From the NCBI GenBank assembly GCA_016861265.1, contig BOLA01000001.1, forward strand, positions 331,569 through 395,568: DNA of 64,000 bases, written 5' to 3'. Of this stretch, positions 1 to 9,400 are shown piece after piece. This DNA comes from Patescibacteria group bacterium (GTDB lineage Bacteria; Patescibacteriota; Dojkabacteria; J137). Each line of letters begins with the position of its first letter. Within the stretch, counting starts at the first letter, position 1. The notes beneath the pieces are model-generated. The model had not been told where the DNA came from and ran no database searches. It saw only the letters and a list, made by a program, of their open reading frames with translations. Position numbers and translations under genes: made by a program.

Positions 1-2
1 AT

Positions 3-623
3 AATCCACCAGATGTAATGATAAGAGGTGGTGATGCAATTGAAGTGAAAAAAATTGAAGGTGTAAACTCTAATATAGCATTGAACAGTTCTTATCCTAA
101 AGATAAATTGTATGCAGATAGTCCGATGATTACAAATGCCTGCAGAACAGCTGAAGATTGGACTGAAAAGGATTTATTGTATGTTGTGGGAGTCATTAAA
201 GATTCAAAGTTGAAAAAGCTTTGGTTTGTTTATGGAGATTGCTACGCTGCGAATAAAGAAGTCTATGAGCGAATTAGCAATAAAATTTCTCAAGGATTAA
301 ATGAATTGAAAGATGTAGAGTTTGGAGAAACTAATGAGTTGGCAAGAGTTAACAGAGTTGACCCATTAGGCATAACTTACTTGAGAGTAAGAGGAATGTG
401 GGGAATTGAAAATCCACACAGAGTATTCAATTATGTTATTCCTTCACAAGTAGATAATGATTTAGTTGTAAATGCAATAATGCTTAAGACAAAATATGAC
501 TCTTTCCCTGAAATTGATAGAAAGAATATTGAGAATAAATTGGAGATAAATGATGTAAAAATAAAATCTCCCAATAATCCAGCTAATCTTCTTGATGCAA
601 AAGTTTTAAGTTTTAGAATCTAA
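3..623 (+). CDS. Type II restriction endonuclease, NgoPII-like (GGCC), 5'-truncated by window edge
   Basis: NPPDxM..GGDAIEVKK (PD-D/ExK), LNSSYPK and RVDPLGITYLRVRGMW motifs; frame open from window start; adjacent to a C5 MTase. Confidence 0.8.
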   Translation, partial: NPPDVMIRGGDAIEVKKIEGVNSNIALNSSYPKDKLYADSPMITNACRTAEDWTEKDLLYVVGVIKDSKLKKLWFVYGDCYAANKEVYERISNKISQGLNELKDVEFGETNELARVNRVDPLGITYLRVRGMWGIENPHRVFNYVIPSQVDNDLVVNAIMLKTKYDSFPEIDRKNIENKLEINDVKIKSPNNPANLLDAKVLSFRI

Positions 624-624
624 C

Positions 625-1623
625 ATGAAAGTTGTATCACTTTTTACAGGTGCAGGTGGTCTTGATCTTGGTTTTAAAAAAGCAGGATTTAATATTGTAT
701 GGGCAAATGAATATGACAAAACTATCTGGAGTACTTTTGAAGCAAATTTTCCCGAAACAAAATTAGATAAGAGAAGCATTGTTGATGTACCTAATGAAGA
801 CATCCCAGAAGCAGAAGGGATTGTAGGAGGACCGCCTTGCCAAAGCTGGAGTGAAGCTGGAGCAGGAAGAGGAATAAATGATAAAAGAGGTCAATTATTT
901 TATGAATACATCAGAGTTTTAAAAGATAAACAACCCCTATTCTTTCTTGCAGAAAATGTATCTGGAATATTATCAATTAGGCATAAAGAAGCTTTTACAG
1001 CAATAATTAAAGAGTTTGAAGATGCTGGTTATCATATTAGTTTTGAGCTTTTAAATGCTAATGATTACGGAGTTCCAGAAGACAGGCAAAGAGTAATTAT
1101 TGTAGGATTCCATAAAAAGAAGGTTGGCTTTAAATTTGAATTTCCAAAACCATTAGAGAAAAAACTTAATCTAAAAGATGCAATTGGCGATTTACCTGCT
1201 CCAAAACCAGCATTGAGTTTCAATAAGACAAATGGTGAAGAATTAAGTATTTCTAATCATGAATATATGACTGGCGGATTTTCAACTATGTATATGTCAA
1301 GAAATAGGGTTAGGAGTTGGGATGAACCATCATTCACTATTCAAGCGGGTGGAAGACATGCTCCAATACATCCACAAGCTCCTAAAATGCTTTTTATTGA
1401 GCAAAATAAAAGAATATTTGTTCCTGGTAAAGAAGATTTATACAGAAGACTATCTGTTAGAGAGTGCGCAAGAATCCAAACATTTCCAGATAATTTTATC
1501 TTTAAATATACCAATATTGCAGATGGATATAAGATGATTGGGAATGCTGTACCTGTTGAATTTGCTAAACATATCGCACTAAAGATAAAAGAAGACTTAA
1601 AGAATATAAAATCTGCCAGATAG
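625..1623 (+). CDS. DNA (cytosine-5)-methyltransferase, M.HaeIII/M.NgoPII-like
   Basis: SLFTGAGG (I), GGPPCQSWS (IV), ENV (VI), RQRVIIVG (VIII), YKMIGNAVP (X); target-recognition region SRNRVRSWDEPSFTIQAGGRH resembles M.HaeIII. Confidence 0.93.
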   Translation: MKVVSLFTGAGGLDLGFKKAGFNIVWANEYDKTIWSTFEANFPETKLDKRSIVDVPNEDIPEAEGIVGGPPCQSWSEAGAGRGINDKRGQLFYEYIRVLKDKQPLFFLAENVSGILSIRHKEAFTAIIKEFEDAGYHISFELLNANDYGVPEDRQRVIIVGFHKKKVGFKFEFPKPLEKKLNLKDAIGDLPAPKPALSFNKTNGEELSISNHEYMTGGFSTMYMSRNRVRSWDEPSFTIQAGGRHAPIHPQAPKMLFIEQNKRIFVPGKEDLYRRLSVRECARIQTFPDNFIFKYTNIADGYKMIGNAVPVEFAKHIALKIKEDLKNIKSAR

Positions 1624-1686
1624 ATTATACTTGCATGTAAGATTTTTCTGATTTAAAATAAAATTATACATATAAGTAAGATTTGG

Positions 1687-2532
1687 ATGGTTAACTTTTC
1701 AGATAAATTAATTTCATTTGTAGGAACAACCTTAAGACAAAATCCTACTCTGCTAAATTTTATCAGAGAAGAAAAATATAGAGCTGAAGACACAAATTTA
1801 TCTTATAGACAATTGAATAGCCTAGAAGATGCAAAACTTCTAAAGAATAGTAGAACTTCAAAAAAATCATGGAGAAATTTTAGTTTAAATGACCTTTTTT
1901 ATCTCCACATAATTAGTAAAACTAGAATAGATTTTAATACAAATAATTCAAAGCTATTCGGATTAAAGACTAATTTTTATTCAGACACATTGAACCTTAA
2001 AGATATTGGTGAAATTTTTTATTCTGAAATTGCATTAATTGCTCTACTATTAAAAGTAATACCTGTAGGAATATTAATTTACAGCGATGGAGAGTCAATA
2101 TTTACAGATAATGAGGCAAGTGCTACTTTTCCTTTTTTTACAGGGAATAAAGACTTGAAAGGACGCTCATGCATTTATTTAATGCTTTACTCTACTTTCC
2201 AAAATACTATTGAAAAGGTGATTGAAGATAAACATTTTAAGAAAAGTTTTAACTTGGACCAACTTAAGACAGCATATTTAGCTAAACCAACTACTTCTAA
2301 ACAAAGAGCAATTCTTGAGATTATTGAAAAAGGTGATTATTCCGAAATTTCAATAAAGAAGAAAAAGAATGGTGAATTAGTTATTAATGCTGTTAAAACA
2401 GTTGATGGGAGCAAAATAAATAGGAAGGACATAATGGCACTTTATTCAGAAATAAAATATGGAAGCGTGGAATTGATAAAGCAAGATGAGAAAGATGCAA
2501 GCTTTAGAATTAAAAATGTTTTTAAAATTTAA
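1687..2532 (+). CDS. Hypothetical protein with N-terminal MerR-like HTH
   Basis: LSYRQLNSLEDAKLL..R....WRNFSLNDL matches the MerR winged-HTH pattern. Confidence 0.5.
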   Translation: MVNFSDKLISFVGTTLRQNPTLLNFIREEKYRAEDTNLSYRQLNSLEDAKLLKNSRTSKKSWRNFSLNDLFYLHIISKTRIDFNTNNSKLFGLKTNFYSDTLNLKDIGEIFYSEIALIALLLKVIPVGILIYSDGESIFTDNEASATFPFFTGNKDLKGRSCIYLMLYSTFQNTIEKVIEDKHFKKSFNLDQLKTAYLAKPTTSKQRAILEIIEKGDYSEISIKKKKNGELVINAVKTVDGSKINRKDIMALYSEIKYGSVELIKQDEKDASFRIKNVFKI

Positions 2533-2584
2533 ATTTTGAGCTGTAAAAAGGCAGGAATTTAGAATATTAAATTTATATAAGCAA

Positions 2585-2638
2585 GGCGTTGAGATGAACT
2601 CAGGCTAAAGCAAATTATTTGTTTTAGTCATGAGCGCC
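2585..2638 (+). promoter_or_regulatory. Long RNA hairpin occluding the start codon of the small ORF upstream of the recombinase
   Basis: ctca-ggctaaagcaaa pairs with tttgttttagtc-a-tgag with two G-U wobbles on the + strand; outer ggcg/cgcc pair. Confidence 0.45.
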
Positions 2639-2803
2639 ACAAAAAAATATGTAGATGGAACAAAAAATCCAATTAGGAATTTGCCCGAATTAATTAAAGC
2701 AGTTCAAGAACATAAGAAGAAATTTAAAACTGCTAAAATCAAAAATAAATCAAATAAAATTAAGTTTTTGATGAGAGATAAATCAGGAACTTACATGCTT
2801 TAA
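2630..2803 (+). CDS. 57-aa Lys-rich small protein (not in ORF track)
   Basis: Read by hand: MSATKKYVDGTKNPIRNLPELIKAVQEHKKKFKTAKIKNKSNKIKFLMRDKSGTYML; stop 3 nt before the recombinase ATG. Confidence 0.55.
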   Translation: MSATKKYVDGTKNPIRNLPELIKAVQEHKKKFKTAKIKNKSNKIKFLMRDKSGTYML

Positions 2804-2806
2804 ACT

Positions 2807-4441
2807 ATGAATGAAAACTCTAATCTTCTTGAAAGTGAACAATACAAGGAAGCACTTCTAAAATATGCAGAAGCTTATAATTTTAAGAAGAAGAAAACTA
2901 AAGGTGAGCAACAACTTTTAGATGGTAAGAGATACTATGTTATCTATGCAAGAAAATCCACTGAAGATGATAAAAGACAGGTTCAGTCCATTGAAGACCA
3001 GATTGAACAATGTATGAAATTTGCGAAAGCAAATGATTTGCAAATAGTGGCAGAACCAATAAAGGAAGAAAAAAGCGCTAAGATTGCTGGGAAAAGAGAA
3101 AAGTTTACAGAAATGCTCAAGAGACTTGAGAAAGGTGACCTTTACAACAGTATTCTTGCATGGCATCCTGACAGACTTGCGAGGAATATGAAAGAATCAG
3201 GCGAGATTTTGGATTTACTTGATAATGACATAATTGTTGACCTTAAGTTCCCTTCTTATACTTTCAATAATGATGCAGCGGGAAAAATGACTTTGAGTAT
3301 TTTATTTGCTATGGCAAAAGAATTTTCAGATAAACTTTCAGAAGATACAAAAAGAGGTATTAGAAAAAAAGTGCGTGATGGTAAATATGTAGGTACTTCT
3401 AAAAAAGGATATTTCAACAATGAGAATGGATATTTTAGAAAAGATGATGAGAAATTCCAAATTTATTCACAGGCATGGAAAATGTATAAGGAAAAGAAAA
3501 CGCAAAGTGAGATTATTGATTTTCTCAATGCAAATGGCGAGGAGATGAATACTAATAGTATGTCATTGTATTTTCAAGACCCATTTTCCGCTGGAATATA
3601 TTGTTATGGAGACCAAGTGGTTGATATTAGAAATGTAGACCCAAAATTTCAAGCTGTAGTGACCCCTAAAGACTTTATTTCTGTACAAAAGATAATTGGT
3701 TCAAATCAAAGAGGCTGGCGAAATACTGATGAATTTAGACCATTCAATGAATTTGTTATTTGTGCTGATTGTGGTAATCCAATGACTTCAGGATTAAGCA
3801 CTGGAAAAGCAGGCATGAGATATTTAAATATAACCTGTGGCAATAGAAGGTGTAAGGAGAAAAGAAGGGAATTAAAACTTAAACCTATCGCAAATACAAT
3901 TAGAGGTGAAGCTATTGTGGAGCTTGCAATTAACACTATTGATAATTTATTGAAAATAACTGAAGAAACTTATGAAAAAGCAAAACACAATTACTTTGAA
4001 GAAAGAAATGAAGTCATTAAATCTGTTAATCAGCAACTAAGGACTTTAAGGGTAAAATACACAAAACTGGACTCAAAATCCAAGCAAATAAGTGACAAGT
4101 TCACTGAAAAACATTCAGATGACATTAACAAAAGACTTTCTGATGATTTGAGTATAGTTTTAAGTGAAATGAGAACTTTGGAATCAAATATTAATAAGCT
4201 TGAAAAACAAGCTAAAGATATAGAGTTTGAACTTGAATCTGAATTTCCAGATTATGAAACTTTTCTGAACTTTTTCAATGACATTACTAGTACACTAAAA
4301 ACCACCGAAGATGCCTACTTGGCGTACCAACTAGTCAAACTAGTGTTTATGAACACAAAAGTTAAAGACAAAAACATTGTAGGTTATACATTACAGGAAT
4401 CTTTTAGTGCTTATGAAGGTTTAAATTCACAAATGGGGTAG
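2807..4441 (+). CDS. Large serine recombinase (integrase)
   Basis: YARKST catalytic Ser motif, PDRLARN, recombinase domain, CADCG..CGNRRC Zn ribbon, coiled coil. Confidence 0.93.
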   Translation: MNENSNLLESEQYKEALLKYAEAYNFKKKKTKGEQQLLDGKRYYVIYARKSTEDDKRQVQSIEDQIEQCMKFAKANDLQIVAEPIKEEKSAKIAGKREKFTEMLKRLEKGDLYNSILAWHPDRLARNMKESGEILDLLDNDIIVDLKFPSYTFNNDAAGKMTLSILFAMAKEFSDKLSEDTKRGIRKKVRDGKYVGTSKKGYFNNENGYFRKDDEKFQIYSQAWKMYKEKKTQSEIIDFLNANGEEMNTNSMSLYFQDPFSAGIYCYGDQVVDIRNVDPKFQAVVTPKDFISVQKIIGSNQRGWRNTDEFRPFNEFVICADCGNPMTSGLSTGKAGMRYLNITCGNRRCKEKRRELKLKPIANTIRGEAIVELAINTIDNLLKITEETYEKAKHNYFEERNEVIKSVNQQLRTLRVKYTKLDSKSKQISDKFTEKHSDDINKRLSDDLSIVLSEMRTLESNINKLEKQAKDIEFELESEFPDYETFLNFFNDITSTLKTTEDAYLAYQLVKLVFMNTKVKDKNIVGYTLQESFSAYEGLNSQMG

Positions 4442-4509
4442 AAGATGGGACTCGAACCCACAACACCTCGCTCCACAGGCGAGTGCTCTACCATTGAGCT
4501 ACTTCCACC
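4434..4509 (-). tRNA. tRNA-His (GUG), with G-1, C73 and encoded CCA
   Basis: Reverse complement GGTGGAAGTAGCTCAATGGTAGAGCACTCGCCT-GTG-GAGCGAGG...GGTTCGAGTCCCATCTTCTACCCCA folds as a cloverleaf. Confidence 0.96.
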
Positions 4510-4519
4510 ATACAAGTAA

Positions 4520-4584
4520 GCGCAGAATTATATCATTAAACACTAGCTACCTAAAGTTCTAACACTGCGCAAAGCATTATATCA
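4520..4584 (-). promoter_or_regulatory. Tandem extended -10 promoters for tRNA-His
   Basis: Two TGATATAAT motifs (4527-4535, 4576-4584), each followed by a GC-rich tgcgc discriminator. Confidence 0.6.
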
Positions 4585-4630
4585 TAAATATATTGAATAT
4601 TTACTGCTGTACAAATGCTATAATTTTTAT

Positions 4631-4993
4631 ATGACTCAAGACCGCCTTTTAGGTGACACAACAATTACTTCCGAAACTCTATCCGAAATGCTAAGAACAC
4701 TAGATAATTCTAGCCCAGAAGTTCTAGATCAGATTGCAGAAAGACTCAAGAATATTGCAATGGCCCCTGCTCTGCGAGTTATAGAGGTATTAAGAATATT
4801 GGTTCAATTAAAAATGAATTTAACTACCTACTGTAACTATCAAGGAATTGACATAATGGCGGATGAGCCCGTAGCAAACGAAATACGTCAAGAAATTCAA
4901 TCGGTATATTTGGACCTAGAAGATGCTGTTATTGAACTGAGAAAGCATATTAGCGGACCATTGTCAGCAGGAACCGATGACAAAACAATATAG
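4631..4993 (+). CDS. Hypothetical helical protein
   Basis: 120-aa ORF, TGCTATAAT promoter motif just upstream; no recognised family. Confidence 0.6.
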   Translation: MTQDRLLGDTTITSETLSEMLRTLDNSSPEVLDQIAERLKNIAMAPALRVIEVLRILVQLKMNLTTYCNYQGIDIMADEPVANEIRQEIQSVYLDLEDAVIELRKHISGPLSAGTDDKTI

Positions 4994-5040
4994 TGGTGAT
5001 ACAACAATCCTGCTATTTAAATTCCTGGAGGTGGTGTCTA

Positions 5041-5208
5041 ATGGAAAAGGCAACGCACTTTATTGGCGACAGTGAGAATACCCGCGATCTGTACTACTTC
5101 GATGAAGTACAGAAGAGCTGGATGTTCTACAACCGCGCACTGGGGCATTGGGTAAAATCCAAGATTAACCCCACCGTGCATTCCAACTGTCGTAAGATTG
5201 CCGCCTAA
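5041..5208 (+). CDS. 55-aa hypothetical protein (GC-rich, SD-led)
   Basis: GGAGGTG at 5027-5033 before ATG 5041 (track start 4993 is probably too early); downstream hairpin. Confidence 0.65.
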   Translation: MEKATHFIGDSENTRDLYYFDEVQKSWMFYNRALGHWVKSKINPTVHSNCRKIAA

Positions 5209-5220
5209 ATAGCTTTAGGA

Positions 5221-5238
5221 GGGCTGGATTTTCAGCCC
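5221..5238. terminator. Hairpin between convergent genes
   Basis: gggctg-gatttt-cagccc. Confidence 0.5.
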
Positions 5239-5915
5239 TACCTACCCAATTTAACCCTATTGAATATTCTTTCCCTGTTTTCAATTAGAATTAGTACTGC
5301 AATTACATATACTCCCGATAGCAAGTAACTTGCAATAACGTCACTTGGCCAGTGTACGCCTATATAAACTCGGGAGAACCCGATTAGAAAAGCCAACAAA
5401 AATGCGATTGTCAATAAGAGTAACTTAAGCGGTTTGTTTTTTGTAAGTGTTGATAATAAGTAGAAAAGCACTCCCCAAAAACAAACCGCTGCAAACGCGT
5501 GTCCGCTAGGAAAGCTAAATCCATGTTCTACGATTAAGCCGTCTATCGGCCTTGCTCTCTGTACAATATTTTTAACTACAAATGTTATAACAGCACTCCC
5601 TCCGAATGTTAAAAATATTGCAACTAGTTGAGTATATTTTTTAAATAACAAAAATAGAATGCATACAAGCATGAAGCTCAGTAAAAGCGGCTCTGAATTA
5701 CCCAACTGTGTTACTCCCAAAAAGAAATTATTCAATTGAGGATCCCGTACTGTGGAAAAATATTGAGAAATAGAATTATCTGCATTTACTACTTTAGAAT
5801 CGCTCTCGTAAACATCTTCAAGAATGGCTGAAAATAATCCTAATAGAATCGAAAATATTAATGCTAAAAAAACAATTGTATTATGCTTGGAAATCCAAGA
5901 TCTTAGGGAATTCAT
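5238..5915 (-). CDS. PAP2-family phosphatase (undecaprenyl-PP phosphatase-like)
   Basis: KNIVQRARP, SFPSGH and SRVYIGVHWPSDV motifs; multiple TM segments. Confidence 0.9.
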   Translation of the reverse strand: MNSLRSWISKHNTIVFLALIFSILLGLFSAILEDVYESDSKVVNADNSISQYFSTVRDPQLNNFFLGVTQLGNSEPLLLSFMLVCILFLLFKKYTQLVAIFLTFGGSAVITFVVKNIVQRARPIDGLIVEHGFSFPSGHAFAAVCFWGVLFYLLSTLTKNKPLKLLLLTIAFLLAFLIGFSRVYIGVHWPSDVIASYLLSGVYVIAVLILIENRERIFNRVKLGR

Positions 5916-5931
5916 TTATTCAAACTAACAA

Positions 5932-6438
5932 TTATTTTAAATCTTCTGCTGGTGTACAATTTTGCAAAGCATGATCTGCTGATTGCTCGTTATAGCCGTA
6001 GTATTTAAGAAGTATCTTAGAAGCATCTTCTTTAGTCTTATTTATAAAATCTTCGACAGGAGAAGATAAGACATTTAAAGTTCCTGTCACTTCCTCATAA
6101 GTCTTTAATCTGTTTGTACCAGGTAATATGGAGTATAGCTGTTGGTTATCAGCAGTGTAGCAGTAAATTTCTAAACCTTTTAATGGTAGCTTTACATTAG
6201 TGGAATTATTATTCAAGCATGCTTTTAATGTACAGGAAACTGAACCATTATTACATGCACACATGTTGCAGTTATCGCTGCTCATGAATTTGTCCCCATT
6301 ATCGTAGACCACACCATTATACAAACACTGCACTCTTCTATTATAAAAGTTAATGGAAATAATAGATGTAATGCAGGCAAATATAAAAATACCTATCGAA
6401 GCTAATATTAAAAATATTTTTATATTTCGTTTATCCAT
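5932..6438 (-). CDS. Membrane-anchored protein with pacifastin/VWC-like Cys domain
   Basis: N-terminal TM; C...CNMCACNNGSVSCTLKAC. Confidence 0.7.
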   Translation of the reverse strand: MDKRNIKIFLILASIGIFIFACITSIISINFYNRRVQCLYNGVVYDNGDKFMSSDNCNMCACNNGSVSCTLKACLNNNSTNVKLPLKGLEIYCYTADNQQLYSILPGTNRLKTYEEVTGTLNVLSSPVEDFINKTKEDASKILLKYYGYNEQSADHALQNCTPAEDLK

Positions 6439-6462
6439 ACTCCTATTATAACCACTTTCTAA

Positions 6463-9400
6463 CTAATGTAAGTTAAATTTATTATGATTTTCCTGAATTA
6501 CTTGATCATGTAAATCTAAGTTCGACGTTAAATTCTCACTTTGGGTAGATGGTTTTAAATTTAACTGTGCTTTAATTTTATTCTCCTCTCCTATTTCAAG
6601 TTCAGATTCTTCTACTCCAAATCCCGGTTTAGTAGCAATCGCTGTGTAAATACCTTCTTCAATACCGAATTTGGCAACTCCTTTTTTATCTGTTAAATCC
6701 ATATCTATTAATTTTCTATCTTTATAAATTCTTACAACAGCACCAGCTAATTTAGAATCATTACCCATAACGGTGACCTTCTTTAAAAATAGAGAGTATA
6801 AGCTTGGGTAGCTAACTATAATAAACAAGACTGAATAAATTGCTAATAGAATAACATTTTGAGTGGATGGTTGCGCTACCTGTTCATAAATAGTTACTAT
6901 ATAACCCCAGATTGCGGCTAGTACATATGCTATTCTTGACCACTTGATTAGGCTATTTGTATTAAATGCAAATAGTCTTCTTGCTGTGGTTACCTCCTTA
7001 GTTGGGTCTAATGCAATATCTAAATTTCCCGGTAGAGGCTTTAAAAAGTATTCATAACCTAAAGCTTTAACTTCAATGGTTAAATTCCTTGACGGAAGCG
7101 AAAGTAATTTGTACCTTCCTTCCAGATCAGTTAAATATGTTTCGATTTGGTCGGCCGCAACATTATTCGCCATAACACTTTTGCGCAATATACTAACCTT
7201 TGCAAATGAAATAGGTTTTAGTGTTGTTGAATTATAAATAACTCCACCATAATTTTTGTTTCTGTTTAATAAACTATCTGTTAACAAAGGAATAACTCCA
7301 AGTATGTTACCTTTACTAAAGGCTAAATAAATTCCTAACAATAACAATATTAAAAAAAGTAAGACTGCAGCAAAGTTTAGTGGGTAATTTGGATTAGAAC
7401 TTTTAGCAAATTCTACTAATACGCTCATAACAAGACTTAAGGTTTTTTCTGATTCTGTATTATTTACAAGTTCATCAATTGCCTGCTCAGGATTTCCGTT
7501 ATTAACTGTAGTCTTTGTATCATTATTTGCAAACGAAACAGGATACTGTTCTTTAACCGGAATATACGATACCGGCTTATTGTTACTACTTACATTATTA
7601 CCCGTAGTAATTGCATTGTTATTATTGCCCAAATTGCCTGTATTGTTCCCTCCGTTACCCGTACTATTATTTCCACCATTATTGTTATTACCCCCGTTGC
7701 CTCCATTATTTCCACTAACATTGTCACCACCACCGTTGTCCCCTCCTCCACTATCAGGAGTCCCGAATGGATCTTTGTAAATTAATACCTGTCCCCTATT
7801 TGTATCGTATGCAAATAGATTATCGTTACTATCGAAAGTCAAGGAAAATACCCAGCCTCCAAAATCCTTAAATCTGCCATCTGCTACAGCATAAACTGGG
7901 TCAGATCTATTAGATAAATTTACAGTTGTAGGATTGTTAAAATATTCTAAGAACCTTGGTCCAAAGTACGGATTGTAACCAACAACCATTCTATTAGTGC
8001 TGTCAAAAGCCGTTTCAAATGTAGCAGCTCCAAATTGTGTAATATTATTAACCCTTGGGAATTCCTTGGTGGCCGAAAGATTAAAGATTATATTATCCGG
8101 ATTTGCAGGAAACAAATCATCTCCAAACATTAATAATCTCCAGTTACCCGCTGCTTCAAAAAAGTGATCAGAAACAAATAGATTCTCATTATTATCTAAA
8201 GATAGTGCTCCTGGTATACACAACATGGATCTATCAGCGGTAACATTTCCATCTATATTCGGCGGAGCAACAATACCTTTATTACATTCAACTCCAGATA
8301 GACTTGTTTGACCAAGTACTATATCGACTACGGGATTATCTAAAGGATCGTGTATTCTAAATACTCTATTATTATCCGGATTTGATACCCATAAATATTC
8401 ACTGTGTGGAGCAACTGCAATTCCACCTATTGTATTTAATATACTTACAGAACCACCTCCCTTAGCGTTAAAACTTGGCGTGAGTATTGTAATTGGTGTT
8501 GAAGAATTATTTAGTGGCGCCTGATAAACATAAATTTGAGTCCCCTTTACAACATAAACTTTTCCATCTAAATCTGATTTCATAATCGAATAACCGGGAT
8601 CTGGTTTATCTGTAGCTGATGCTGCTCCAACATAACCATCCGGTGCAACTCCACTTGTTTTATTTAAGGGATCGTTCCAATATAACAATCTTCCATCGGC
8701 CACAATAAGTTGATTATTATTTACTGCTAGTCCACCCCATCCACCCTGTTCCAACCTTCTTGCGGTTGTAAGATTGTAACCACCAGGTGGATAAAAAAAG
8801 CTCTTATCTGCTGTGTAAATATCATCATTTGAATCGTAAGCGAATCTGGCAACATCCTGCTGGTACACATATGCAGAAACTAAAATATTGCCCTCAGTAT
8901 CAATTCCAATAGATCCTCCCCCAGGATTCCAATTTGTGAAGTGATGACCAAGCCAGGCTCCGTCTAAATCCCAGTCTCTAAAGCCGGCGCCGGCATCTTC
9001 ACCTTCGTAAGTCCAGAAACCATTACCATCGGGAAACATTTCAATAGAAACAAGTCCCCCTGTTAATGTATCAGAATCAAGAACCGTTTCAAAAGCATTC
9101 ATACCTGTTGTAAACGGAGCCTTGAAAAGTTGGACTCTAGTATTGCCCGTGTCTGCAATATACATGTCCCCATTCGATGCAAAACGAATTGAGGTTGGAC
9201 TTCTTAATCTATCCGCAGTATCATTGGATTCAATTGTTGTAAAACTTTCCTGACCAATTACAATATCCGCTGTTTTTGCAATTGTTCCGCTGTTATTCGG
9301 AAATCTTAAAACTCTATAGTTACCTCCGTCTGCAACCCAGAGATTTCCGTCGTCGTCTAGTGAAACTCCGGCTCCACCACTGTACGTAGAGCTAAAGCAT

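Larger units (their letters stand above)
1..4441. mobile_element. Right part of a genomic island (RM system + large serine recombinase) integrated at the 3' end of tRNA-His; left boundary outside window
   Basis: Recombinase gene runs into the tRNA-His 3' end; defence cargo upstream; all genes co-oriented. Confidence 0.75.

Noticed and set aside
1-4441. Prophage
   Set aside because: No structural, terminase or replication genes in the visible part; called an island instead.
7580-7760. Low-complexity repeats as a DNA element or + strand L/P-rich ORF
   Set aside because: Explained by the Gly/Asn linker of the minus-strand surface protein.
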